Translations under genes and position numbers: made by a program | From: the human T2T-CHM13v2.0 reference genome, Homo sapiens | DNA: 64,000 nucleotides | Reading direction: 5' to 3' | Assembly (NCBI GenBank): GCA_009914755.4 | Contig: CP068257.2 | Span: 19,616,001 to 19,680,000 of the forward strand | Notes under the pieces: model-generated | Databases searched by the model: none | What the model was told of the DNA's origin: nothing | What the model saw: the letters and a program-made list of their open reading frames with translations, nothing else | In this document: positions 25,391 through 38,190 of the stretch, piece after piece | Position numbering within the stretch: the stretch's first letter is position 1 | How the letters are laid out: each line of letters starts with the position of its first letter

Positions 25391-28300
25391 TTATGGCCTT
25401 ATATTTTCCCCTCCATTAACTGATTATGAGAAATATCCAAAATTCTGTCTCCCTACCTTTCTCGTAGGTAAACACTCATAGTAAAATTCTTTGTCATATC
25501 AATAACCCTTGTGTCAACAGAGGTAGAAAATCTTAACATCTTTGACTTTTCTCCTTTATCACTAATGCTTTAACTGATCACAGATGTAACGTACCTTGAA
25601 TCTTTTCTTACATCTATTCTCTACCTTTTCATATTCTTTGCCACAGGTAAACTTATATATTTATCACAAGATACCCTCTTGTTTTTATCTCCCTTCATTC
25701 AATTTGTCAGTAATTTTACCTCACAACTAGTGTTTACCAAATGCCAATTTTATCATGTATGTTTTTATTTATAAGTAATTTTGGACAAAAATTCAAGTCA
25801 GTTGTTTCTGATATTCTCCTGAGTGTTTTCCAAACTATTTTTCCAATATTTCAGCAATATTCTAGATGAGATGGACCTTGTCTATACTGACCTACTAATT
25901 TCCTAAATGTTCCTTGAACACTTCAGCCTTACCCAATGTGGAATGCCCTTATTCTTTTCTATCCTTTTATAACAATATCTATGGCATTTTTTATCTTTTT
26001 ATGTTTCATTGTCGTCTATAAAGTCTTCTTGATCATAAATTTTATAATGGGCAAACTTGATACACCCCATCTTATTTTATTTTTCATAATTTTATGTACC
26101 CCATAGTCCTCCCAAATACATCTTAAACCCCTTGATATTAGAAAGTATTTCTTGCTATTTTTGAGTATGATCATATTTAGAAGAGGGATTTGCAAAATAC
26201 ATATAGTTAATAAATACTTATGAGTATAGTACATAATTTTTAATTTACCCAACTCTACTTATAAGATTGTTATTTCATGCACTTCTTTGGGAATTATTCA
26301 CAGAGAACATATATTCATCATGCATTTACTTTTGAGTCCTTGGGTTTAAAACTTTTCCTTACCTTAAGTAAGAAATTTGTGATGATATTTATGGATAGCT
26401 ATCAAATGTTTCATTCTTGTCCAATTTTCTCCAAACATAAATTTTTGACATTAGGAAACAATTTAGTTTTCTTCTGGCTGCCATAGGTGATAAACTCATC
26501 ACTTACCTTATATTGATTTGGGTCAAAAATCAGCCACTAGGGCAAGATTAAGGCACAACCTCAAATTTTAGTTATGTAGGATTTACTAATATGCCAATGT
26601 TTTAATATATATGTATAGTTCAATTAGAGCAAATCTGGTCTTTGGGAAATATAGTGAAGTAGAGAATTATATTTTCTTTATATATTTTAAACATATATAG
26701 CAATGAAATATATCATTGTGCCCATTCACCAAAATGTCCATGAATAATATGGCTTAATTAATATGTGCATTGGTAATTTGTACTGAATGAAAAATTAACC
26801 AGATGTTTAATATAAATAAATTAATTAATTTCATGTTCAATTTTATTTTATTAAAATGAATTAAGATCAACAAATCAGTATAAACAGTTTTCAGAACTGT
26901 ATTTGACTTTTAAAATTTCTATAGCTTTCAAGTTCTTTTTTATAAACCCTTCCTTAGAAAAGCAAATTTACTCCTAAGGTCAGTGGTAGGCATTAAGTAA
27001 TAATTCACACACATTTCTTAGATTCCTGATATCCTTAAATGAAGTCATTCCAAAATTATATGTTGTCAATACAGTCGGTGTTCTATAACTAGCACATGAT
27101 AAGCTCTTCGTAAGTGTCAATTATTCTGCCATTCATTCATATATTATTAGTTTGGGAGAAATAAAGTTTGATGAATGAGCCCTCACTTCCAGAAATTTAT
27201 ATTTAAATAAGGTAGAGAACCAAATAGAATGATCAACAAAATAAGTTTTATTTGTTTAATGGAAATTCCTACTGATCAAAGATATTGATGTATTTATTGA
27301 TACCATAGATGGGTCTATCACACACTGTTTTGTAAAGTTCATGATATTTTATGTTTTCTTTGAAGATAGAAAGTAGGAAGCCATGAGGGGTTGTATAGAA
27401 AAAGGAGATTAGAACAGACAAAACAGTTTGGGCAAATGCACAATGGTAGGCAAGTGTGAGTCAGTTGGGGAGAGGAGAGAGAATGAATCCTAGGTGATCA
27501 TAGCTGCAGAAGCATTGGAAATGAGTAATAGCAAATAAACTTGGAAAGGCAAGTTTCCTTCCAATTATAATTTGTATGGTAAGGGACAAATTAAATCAAT
27601 TTTGAAGATCTTTGAGCAGAAGAGTGAAATTAAACATAGTTTTAGAAATATATGCATGCAGTAGTCTGACAAATACATTAGAGGGAAAAGAGATTAAAGA
27701 GGCAAAAGTGAGAAAAAATATGGCAGATGAAATATATTGGATTAAAATTAATGAGTGCGTGTATTTAAAAATAAAAAAATGCATACAAATAGTTTATATT
27801 GGCAATGTTTGAAAATTGATTGATGGTGACTAAAAATGGGACAGTGAACCGTGAGCAAATTTTGATGTTAGAGGAATATGTTTGGTTTGCATACAGAAAA
27901 TTTGAAATTGAAGTATGCTAATGTTAACTGCAGGTTGAAGATGGCAAGATTAGATTTTGAGAAAGTACAGTTTTAGGGGAAATAAGATTATATCTTAAAG
28001 AAGAAAGTAAAGGGAAGAAAGAAAAGAGAAGACACATAATTATAATTTCCCCTCCCTTTTTTTTTCAAACTTGTAATATATTTTCTGCTTCTTTCCCTTC
28101 TATCCATAAACATTCTCAAGTCTTCTCAATTTATAAAATCCATGCCCTACTGCCCAGAATTGTGGATTCCAGTAACCCCATACATCTCTTCAGATTCAAG
28201 CTTCTTATAAGGGCAATCTCAAATTTCTTGAGTTCTGCATTTTGCCTCTGTTGACCTCATTCCACTTAAGCTAACTTCAAAAAGAAAATTGTTTACTTAT

Positions 28301-29166
28301 TTAAAGGAAAAAGACATCTGAATTTTCACTGGATTTGGCATTAATGGTTTATCTACAAGAAAAGTAGGCAAGGGAGAAAAAGAGAGTACCTAAAATCTAT
28401 TTTTCCCTTGGCTACTTTTCTTATTCTTTCTGACTTGCACTTTTATTTTTCTTTCTGAAACGTTAGATATATTTGAACATTTATTGAGCCTCTATAATAT
28501 CACAACCATTCTCTGAGTATTGGTAAATTATGAATAAAAATAGGACCCAGGAAAGTCATGTAGACCCTGCCCAAGTTTTCCAGAGAGGTTTCTGGAAAGG
28601 AGGAAGGAATTTAACAATTTAAGGTGGAGACTGTGAGGAAACATATTTTAAAGAGCTTAAACAGCATAATTACCAGGGTTTTATTTATTTATTTTTTTTG
28701 GTAAATATTTTGTTGCTTCCTCCTGTTCTTTATTACACATTTTATTTCTTTAAATACTTTCAATGTAGTTGTGTTATATTCTTAGTCTAAAAATTATGTT
28801 AGTTGAAATCTCATGGGTTTATTTCTCCTATTTGCTGTTTCAGCTGACTCCTGCTTACAGGCCTTATTTCACCATGTGTTTTATAATGTCAGACTACACC
28901 CCCAGATTGAAGACAGCCTCATTTATACAACTATTGGCCAGTATGAGCCTATGATATGGTTCTTCTGAATGGTTTTTGTGATTGCTTTTGCCACTTAGCT
29001 GTGAGCCCTACACGTGAGACTGCTTTTTAGTTTTTCCAGGTTGAAGTTTTCCAAAGAACACGTTTATAATTAAAATCCCAAACATGGGATATGGCAAAAC
29101 TTCTGGTTTATCTAATGAGAAACATTTTCCCCCTTCCCAGCTTGGGGGAGGCAAGTTTCCTTGTAA

Positions 29167-29533
<367 letters not shown>

Positions 29534-30058
29534 GTTATCTGGTGTTCTATCACAGCCTGTTGTTCTGGGAAAACTTGGATCCTATCTGTGTGTAGTCTGT
29601 GTTCACTGAAATAAGCATTTTGGTTACTATGATCAATAAATTCCCAGTGCAGGTTCGTACTCTAGTTTCAGATCTTCCTTGATTGACCTCTTGCAGCTTT
29701 GTCACTTTACCAAAAGCTCAAGTACGTGCATTTGAGCACGTGGAAGGTGAGACGGAGTTTGGAAAGTGGTCATGCTCTCTTTTCTACCATATTGTTAGAA
29801 ATATGTCAATTCATATTAAAATAACACTTTGCTTATCTTCTAAACTTCTAGATATTCAAGTATTTTATTTCAAATTTCACAAAAAAATTATTTAAAATAT
29901 CAGGCATCTCCTCTCTTTTATTGTCCTGGGTCCTTCACTTAACTTTCTGATCTTGTGAAAATCAGTGCTGCTTCATCTTACTCTGTGCAGTGCTTTCTTT
30001 CCTTTGTATGCCTGCCTTCACAGACAATTTTTAGTAGGTGTCTACATGTAGTTAATTT

Positions 30059-30082
30059 GCGTGTGTGTGTGTGTGTGTGTAG
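30059..30082. repeat. (GT)11 microsatellite lying 390 bp upstream of exon 2.
   Basis: The sequence is gcgtgtgtgtgtgtgtgtgtgtag. Confidence 0.9.
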
Positions 30083-30468
30083 TTGTTGTAATGATAATAT
30101 AGGATTTATACAACTGTTGGGCAAACATCTTTTTTTTAGCTATTGCCCAATGTGGTCACACATATAAGACCTAATCTCTGAATAAGGAACAGATTGTCTG
30201 AGTGTGAATTTGTTCATTTACTTGACTAACAGAATTTCAGACTATCAGCTTGAAGAAGTGCTGTATTTAGTCTGATGGTTAAATGCATAATAAAGTAATA
30301 TGTATAATGGTAGATCATGTTTTACAAAACTTTCATTTTTCTTTATAGGTAATAAAAAATTGGGGGGAAATAATCAGCGTTTGGACCATGTGGTTTAGAC
30401 ATCATGCATTAAAATCTTAGAAATCACGCTTAAAAATCACCATTAATTGTTTCCCAATTTTTTTTCAG

Positions 30469-30543
30469 CTCTTCTTCAAGTGACAATTTCACTTAGCAAA
30501 GTAGAGCTTAGTGTTGGAGAATCTAAATTCTTCACATGTACAG
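30469..30543 (+). CDS. NCAM2: NCAM2 coding exon 2 (signal-peptide end and start of Ig1). The exon starts in the middle of a codon and the next codon begins on its last base. Translation: (A)[24 protein letters not shown].
   Basis: The acceptor is ttttttttcag|ct after a long polypyrimidine tract. The donor is g|gtacgt. The in-frame translation matches the human NCAM2 N-terminus as I recall it (…[30 protein letters not shown]…). The reading phase joins correctly with the exon at 34084. Confidence 0.85.
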
Positions 30544-30662
30544 GTACGTATTTCTGTAAATACCTTCAGATAACGTGGTTTCTGTTAAAATATTAATAAA
30601 ATGTGTTGGCTAAATTTAACTAGTTAAAAACTCAGTTCTCTAACAATAACATCTTACAGTTG

Positions 30663-30982
30663 GTTTTTTGTTTTTGTTTTTGTTGTTTTTGAGACAGAGC
30701 CTCGCTCTGTCTCCCAGACTGGAGGGCGGTAGTGTGATCTCGGCTCACTGCAATCTCCCCCTCCTGGGTTCAAGCCGTTCTCCTGCCTCAGCCTCTTCAG
30801 TAGCTGGACTACAGGTGCTCACCACCATGCCTGGCTAATTTTTGTCTTTTTGTGTTTTTGTAGTAGAGACGGGGTTTCACCATGTTGGCCAGGCTGGTCT
30901 CAAACTTCTGACCTCAAGTGATCCGCCCGCCTTGGCCTCCTGAAGTGCTGGGATTACAGGTGTGAGCCATCATACCTGGCCA
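30663..30982 (-). mobile_element. Alu in antisense orientation, located 120 bp downstream of NCAM2 exon 2.
   Basis: The sequence runs gttttttgtttttgtttttgttgtttttgagacagagcctcgctctgtctcccagactggag…gctgggattacaggtgtgagccatcatacctggcc. Confidence 0.95.
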
Positions 30983-33900
30983 TTGTTGGGCTTATAATGA
31001 TTGGAAAAGTGTTAATAGCCATAACTTGCATATAAAATGATATTAATTTTATTTTTGTTAATTTGTTAATTTAGACTGCTAATCTAGATCATTTATTTTG
31101 AAAATACCTTATGCTTGCATTATATCTGATAATAACTTAAATCAATTTAAATATTTCTGTCTAAACAGTAATATTAGGATGAATATAAAGATTATAACTG
31201 AACCATTTTTGTAAATATGCAATGAATAAATTTGGTATGGCACACTGCACTATAGTTATACTTGAATGAAAATATTAGGCCAAAAATTTATTCTAATATT
31301 CATTGAAGAAATAGTTATTTAGTCAGGAAAGCTTTGACTAGATTTTTATGACAATGGAAAGAATCATATGTCATCATGCCTATGGCATATTTTATGGGCC
31401 TCATTCAGAATAATAATATACATATGGTTTTCTTTCCAAAGAAATTTAAATATTTCAGCATCAAAGTTTAATCAAACATATTATAGAACTGACAAATGAA
31501 TGCATTATTTATTTAGGTACAATATATTCATTTTTACAAATACAAGTCTTCATATCCAAACTATGATATACCTAAATAATTTTTTAAACCTTAGTGCTAA
31601 AATTAGTTGAGACTATTTTAGAATTGTTTCTAATCTTGATTACACTAAATCAACTTAAAACTGGATTAAAATAGACACTAGAAACATAAAATGCATTATA
31701 AAAATTGTCTTGAGAATGACATGATTTATTTAAACCAAGATTCAAATTTATAAATATAGAGATATAATATTTTATAAATAAAAGATATAGTTATAACATT
31801 TTATAAATCATATTCAGAGCATATATGTATAACATGTCACATTTTATAGGAATATTAATAGAGCCCATGATTCTTTATACATTTTCCTTCTTAAAGATGT
31901 CAGTTGATAGTTATGTTAATACAAGTATTTGTATATTGACAAATGAAAAAATCAGAGAGTGTGGAAGAGATTGATTCAGCATCATATATTATGTCAGCAG
32001 AAATTTGACACAAGCATATAGGTTACTGTTTCTAAATCCCATCCATATTTTATTAATATCCTCATAAATTAGAACACACGAATTGTATCACATAAAGGTA
32101 GAATAACAAAATAGTTAAAAAATCAATTTTGAAAATACAATGAAATTGTTGTACTTTTATGGATTTGTATATTACTATGAAATATATTGCACAGACTAAT
32201 TTGCCTGTATGTATTGCATAGCTCAAATTAAGACATACTTTAAAGTGAATTAAGGCCATTCATTGGTGATGAGTTTTGCTCTTAATAAGAATGTAAACTA
32301 AGTAAGCATTTATTTTCTTTTATATAAAGATGTATCACCTAGAGCTTTTCTATAGTACTGGAAGTAGTCTTATTTATATTAAATATAGTAGTAAAACAAG
32401 ATTCTAAAAATAAAGATATTGGAAAACCATGCAAGCCACTCTGCTTGTATGTATTTTTCTACTACAATGCTGACAATCTAGATACTCCTCCAACATTTCC
32501 AGACGCCTTAAAAATACAAAATCTAAAACTCAATAAAATAAATATCTTAAATTTAAACTAGAAGGATGTTACACCCTCAAAGAGCTAAAGAAGTGTCATA
32601 CAGAAAATTGTTATAACTACATTTAAGAAAATAAAGTTTAATGCTATTTATAAATAATCTGTACGTACAAATAGTCCAGCCTTATCAAAATGGAAAATTT
32701 TGATAGAAATTATTTGTTAGAGATGCCTGAAAGAAAACAATTATAACAGCTTTATGAAAATCTGCAATAAACTGTTAATGAAAATGAAATGTTCTATTAT
32801 ATTAAGAATGAAAAGACTCAAAATATTTATCAGAATATCCTATTTAACTTACTATATAAAATATTATTTTGTATTATTCAAATGTAAAGAGATGAATGTT
32901 TAAATTATTTTTTGTGACTTCTCCATAGATGGAGGAATTAAATAAAACACATCCCTCCTCTTCAAATGCATTACTCTGTAACAACTATGGTTTTATGATT
33001 TGTTTAGAAAAAGATGAAGATAATGTAACTGAGATCTTTTTAAGATTCACTAAACTTTCTTTCATACTTTTACTCAAGCATGTCTAATTTCTTATAGAAA
33101 GGAGGATAATTTGTTTCTAAAACCATTTCTTCGGAAAAATGAGAAGGAATAATTTTCTTCAAAGAGGTCCTGCAGATGTTAGTTGACTTCATGCATTTCC
33201 ACATCGATACTTTTGAGTTAATAGTGTCTGCTGCTTCCATAAATGATATCTGAAGTAATTAGGTGAAATACATCCTTTTGGTGACTAAAAGCAGACACAG
33301 AAATCTTCAGCTTTAATGAAAGGATAGTAACCTAGATTCTGAATTGGAAAACTTAAATAAATGTTTACCCTGTAATGATTTGGTTGTAATTACCTAGATA
33401 AGTATCATTTCAATGCATTGAAATTATCATATGAATAAATAGTTAACAGTTTTAGATTAAAATAATGAAACTACTTATTTCTCTTGGGAAAAGAGATTAG
33501 GACATCATTATAAAAACGGTCGTTGGCCTTATCTATTCAAATTTAGCAACTAGGGAAATTAATTTCAAATTTAGTATTATCAAAGGCCAAAGTTGGTTTT
33601 GTGAAAGATTTACATTTTTGTAAGCTCGACATTTTCAGAGATTTAAGTGCTATCTCCTGACCCTAGCAAAGACCACTGAGCAGATGAAATCATATTAGTA
33701 ATTGTGGTTCTGTTCAGATATTATCTATAAGTGGGTTGTATGTCTGGCTCAGCAGTCAAGGAAGTTTCAGAACTTAAATGTAATAATCCATTGATTACCA
33801 AGGGAAAATTTCAACAATCATAGCTTAAATACTGTACAAGAAGTTTGCTGTGAAACTTTTAGGTATTGCTTACTCAAGCGTGAATCTTCCATGTTGGATA

Positions 33901-34083
33901 AACAAAGGTGAACATTTGCACTAACATTTGTGTTTACTTTAAGTTTTGTAAGATTCTCAGATTTCCAGTCTGTTACATAATTTTTTTCTAAATGGTTAAT
34001 ATTATTACATAATAGTAAATGCCAATGTTCAAACAAATATTTTTAACAATTTTCAAACCTTTATTTTCCATGGCTCTTTGCAG

Positions 34084-34290
34084 CGATTGGTGAACCTGAA
34101 AGTATAGATTGGTATAATCCTCAAGGAGAGAAGATAATTTCAACACAGAGGGTAGTAGTGCAAAAGGAAGGTGTTAGGTCACGGTTAACCATCTACAATG
34201 CAAATATAGAAGATGCAGGGATATATCGTTGTCAAGCAACAGATGCCAAAGGACAAACACAAGAAGCTACAGTAGTTTTGGAAATTTACC
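34084..34290 (+). CDS. NCAM2: NCAM2 coding exon 3 (Ig1). Translation: (A)[68 protein letters not shown](Q).
   Basis: The acceptor is ctctttgcag|cg and the donor is c|gtaagt. The length is 207 nt. The reading phase is continuous with the flanking exons. It has the Ig-fold hallmarks of an invariant W (DWY) and the YRC motif. It matches NCAM2 residues about 45-113 from memory. Confidence 0.88.
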
Positions 34291-34879
34291 GTAAGTAATG
34301 TATTTATATGTTTTAGTTTATTCAATTTCAGTTGCTTATAAATAACCGAAAAAATAAAATGTTTGATAACACTTATTAAGAACTATGTGCTTTGAAAATA
34401 AATATCAGTTTATTTATGCTTTACCAGAGTGTATCTTAGAATAGAATAGCTAACAGATAATAAGTGGTTATAAACATATATAGGGCATCAATTATATTAA
34501 ATAATATTAATAAAAATGTTTTCATTTTCTCAAGCCATTAAGAATTCACTGGGTATATAGAGAATAGTGGTTTATTTAGTGGTATGATATTTATTCAGCA
34601 TTTTTTTTTTCACTGTAAAATAGAAGGTCATGATTAGAATAAATGAAAATGTGTGACAGCACTGACCATTGTAGAATGAGAATCTGGGGAAGGGTCAGTG
34701 AACAAGAGTAGTCAGAAAGTTGAAACTGATCTAGTAGCCAATAATATTGAGTCAGGATTCTTTACCACTAAGTGTTTTTATTAGCAAAGCTTTCCACATT
34801 TGCACTTCATTTTATGTCCTGGGATGGATTTCTTCCTATGTTCCTTTCTCCTCCTTATATTTAAGAACCATTAACCTGT

Positions 34880-35100
34880 TTAGGAACATTGAAATCTGTT
34901 GACTCCTGCATTTTAAAGCAAGCTATCCCAATTACTTTCGTGACCTTGAGCAAATCATGTAACCTCTCTGTCTTTAGTTTCCTCATATATAAACTGAGGA
35001 TAATAATGGTACCTATGTGATATATGGAGTTTGAGTACTACCTTAAATTATATTGCATAAAGTACTTACAACAATGCCTTACGATTAATAGGTAGTTAGC
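34880..35100 (+). mobile_element. MIR SINE fragment lying between exons 3 and 4.
   Basis: The sequence …cttgagcaaatcatgtaacctctctgtctttagtttcctcatatataaactgaggataataatggtacctat…agtacttacaacaatgcct… matches the MIR core (ttacttaacctctctgtgcctcagtttcctcatctgtaaaatggggataataatagtacctacc…). Confidence 0.75.
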
Positions 35101-35555
35101 ATTTCTACCAATGGTAAATTATATATATATTAGGAATGCAAGCCCTTAAATCATCTCATATCTGTAGCTTTGTGTTTTGTTTGTTATTCTAGAAATAGGA
35201 TATGAAAAACAAAGTCGGAACATTCCTACAGTAGGACTTCCTGTTTGATGACCAACGCAATTTGTGGGCACATTGTTGCTCTTGTGTTTCCTGATTTGGA
35301 ATTTTTCCCTCCCATTTGATTCTGAGCTTCCGAAGAAATGATATTTTCCTAATTTATGTAACCCCCTAGAGTATCTATTTCACAATAGCAAATAATTAAA
35401 TTGAAATGGTCATTTTATAGATATAATGTTTGGAAATACTTCTTTATTTTAAATGATGCAAAAGAAGAATTGTGACATTTGCAAAGGTAAAAAAAATTTT
35501 TGCAAGAACAATTCATTACTTCTGTGAGAATTTCTCATCAAGCATAAATATCCAT

Positions 35556-35584
35556 GTTCACTCATTCATTCATTCATTCATTAA
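35556..35584. repeat. (TCAT)n tetranucleotide repeat.
   Basis: The sequence is cactcattcattcattcattcattcatt. Confidence 0.9.
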
Positions 35585-36114
35585 AGACACTTATTAGGTG
35601 TGTATCCACTATAATTCTGAGTCCTAGCCAGAGACAGACAGACAATAAATAAACTGAAACAGATACATAGATGCTAGCTAAACATGCTATGGAATCCTAT
35701 GGAAAATAAATTACCTGGGGTAGAGAGATAGAGAACCTTGAAATGGAAAGGAATATTGCTATTTTATATAGGCAGGTTGGATAAGAATCTGAATGAATTG
35801 AAGGCGGTGCAAATGCCCTGTGGTGAGAACAAACTTGGAATGTTCAAGGAACCTCCAAGAAGACAGTTTTCCTGAGTGACAAGGAAGAGAGAGGAGAAAT
35901 TGAGATTGGAGTTGAGGAGATACACTCCAGTTTATACAGAACCTCATATGGCATTGAAAGATCTTTGGATTTTATTCTCAGTGAGATAGGAAGGTATTAG
36001 GGAGAAGTAGATTATCTAGTTTAAGATTTTAAAGTATCTAGGTTTCCCTAATTATTTTATTATAGTATCAATAGAGTCTGGATTATGTTATTGGGAGAAA
36101 TAAGCAATGATACT

Positions 36115-36141
36115 TTTGTGATTTGTGATTTGTGATTTGTT
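36115..36141. repeat. (TTTGTGA)3-4 heptanucleotide tandem repeat ending 17 bp upstream of the exon 4 acceptor.
   Basis: The sequence is ttttgtgatttgtgatttgtgatttgttttactttgttgatacag|exon 4. Confidence 0.9.
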
Positions 36142-36158
36142 TTACTTTGTTGATACAG

Positions 36159-36302
36159 AAAAACTCACTTTCAGAGAAGTGGTATCTCCACAAGAATTCA
36201 AACAAGGAGAAGATGCAGAAGTGGTTTGCCGAGTTAGCAGTTCACCTGCACCTGCTGTCAGCTGGTTGTATCATAATGAGGAAGTCACCACTATTTCCGA
36301 CA
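36159..36302 (+). CDS. NCAM2: NCAM2 coding exon 4 (Ig1/Ig2 linker and first half of Ig2). Translation: (Q)[47 protein letters not shown](N).
   Basis: The acceptor is ttgatacag|aa and the donor is a|gttagt, which has an atypical T at position +3. ORF-track entry 36125..36307 (+) contains this translation. The reading phase joins correctly with exons 3 and 5. Confidence 0.85.
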
Positions 36303-36579
36303 GTTAGTATTTTGGTAACTCCCTAAGTTATATGTTCTAATACTATTGCAGTTTTTAAAAATCTGAATCTATGTGTCTAGTTGTAGAAATTTGAATTTTT
36401 GACCCCAAATATTCAACAACTATTTTGAGAACCTGTAAGCTCTACATTAGGATTTTGCAATCTAGGGATCTCAGGGCAAATTCACTGCCCTTTACCCCTA
36501 TGTTGTAATCAAAACACAGTTATGCCCGTTCACCACATACTGTCTGTGGCAGCTTTGGAGGCATAGTTGAGAAGCTGTG

Positions 36580-36652
36580 GCTAAAAAAAATATACAATCA
36601 TTAGCCTAAAAAAATGTACAATCGTTAGCCTAAAAAAAATACAATCATTAGT
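36580..36652. repeat. Three tandem copies of a unit of about 23 bp, cctaaaaaaa(t)gtacaatc(g/a)ttag, in intron 4.
   Basis: The sequence is gctaaaaaaaatatacaatcattagcctaaaaaaatgtacaatcgttagcctaaaaaaaatacaatcattag. Confidence 0.9.
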
Positions 36653-37849
36653 ACCTGGAGATTTACAGAAAAGGTTTGCAGACCTTTGCTCTAGTGTCAA
36701 GAAAAGATGAATACATTATAAGCAGTACTAAGTAAATGAAGGAGTACATCCTGCTGTATTCAAATTCTGTATAATTTATACATGATTCTATGGTATCACT
36801 ATATGTAAACTTAGTATTGATGTGAATTATGTTTATTATTCTGGGGCAGTACGTTCAAGGTTATCTACAAGTTCTAAATATTATGGAAAGATCCATATAG
36901 ATAATAGAAAAGTACTTTCATTCAAATTGTCTTCATGATTTTGATTTAGACTGTGCTAAAATTTCAGAATAATATGACATCTGAAATCGAATGTATAATT
37001 TGCTTACATTATGTTCCTTTACCATGTTCATAGGGAGCATTTTCAATTTAGAATTTTTTCAATGCACCTGCACAGCAGAGAGGTACAAAATAATTGAATC
37101 TTTTAAAGTAGTTTCCGTCTTCGATGATTCTGATTTGTGTCCAAGGGATGAAGATTCTACAGCATAAAGAAGAGACAGAAAATAATATCTATTTTTGAAT
37201 ATGTGGGGAGAATGTATGATAATCATGTTCAATAGTCACTTTTTTAATTTTGAAAGAATTTTTCTGAGCTTAGCATGTTCAATGCTTGTCAGTTTCCATT
37301 ATAATACATTAATGAGAAATAACACTTTATTTCCTCTTGTTCTGTTTCAGCATAACTCTGTACAGTGTATTAACAAGTCACATGAGTAAATGGGTTGATG
37401 TATTTTTAGCTCTTTTCCCCTCAATAATAAAGAAAAAGCAGTCCTTTTGTAACGGTGGAATGACAATGTCTAAATATTTTCAGACTGTCTAATCTTACAC
37501 CTCAAGTGTAGGTTTATTGTAAAACTTTATTAGTAGAATATTTTGAAGTAAATTTTATTTTTAAAAGTCAAATAGAGCAAAGCCTCAAAGCAAAGACTGA
37601 TGACAACGGGTAGTGGTGATGGAGAAGTGATATTTCCATGCTAGAGCTCATACGTATTTCCCCAGCATCCCAGGACTAAATGACGTACAGCCAGATTTCC
37701 ATTTTGGCTTTCCTCCTTTCCTTGGCCCTGAAGCTTTGAACATCTTTTCTAAATGTTCTGTGCCTAAATCAGACTCTTTATCTGTAAAACACAGATGATT
37801 GCCTTCATTTAAAATAATGGCTTTGTGTCATAAATGAGACTTTAGACAT

Positions 37850-38190
37850 AAAGTCCTTTCTTGACATCTATGGGTGATTTGTTCCAGGACCTCCCACAGA
37901 TACCAAAATAAGCCGATGCCAAAGTCTCTTATATAAAAAGCATAGTATTTGGTATAACCTATGTACATCCTCCCATATATTCTAAATTACATCTGGATTA
38001 TCCATAATATCAAATACAACATAAAGACTATGTACATGGTTGCTATACAGTATTATTTGGGAAATAAGGAATAGCCTGTACATGTTCAATAAAGATGCAG
38101 TTTTTAAAAAATATATTTTTCATCAGCAGTTGTTTGAATCCACGAATGTGGAATCCATGGATATGGGGGGTCAGCTATACTTCATTTGTT
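37850..38190 (+). mobile_element. Probable 3'UTR fragment of an old L1 (L1MA/L1PB-type).
   Basis: The sequence is …ggtgatttgttccaggacctcccacagataccaaaataagccgatgccaaagtctcttatataaaaagcatagtatttg…tgaatccacgaatgtggaatccatggatatggggggtcagctatac. A very similar copy lies at 49680-50010. Confidence 0.45.
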
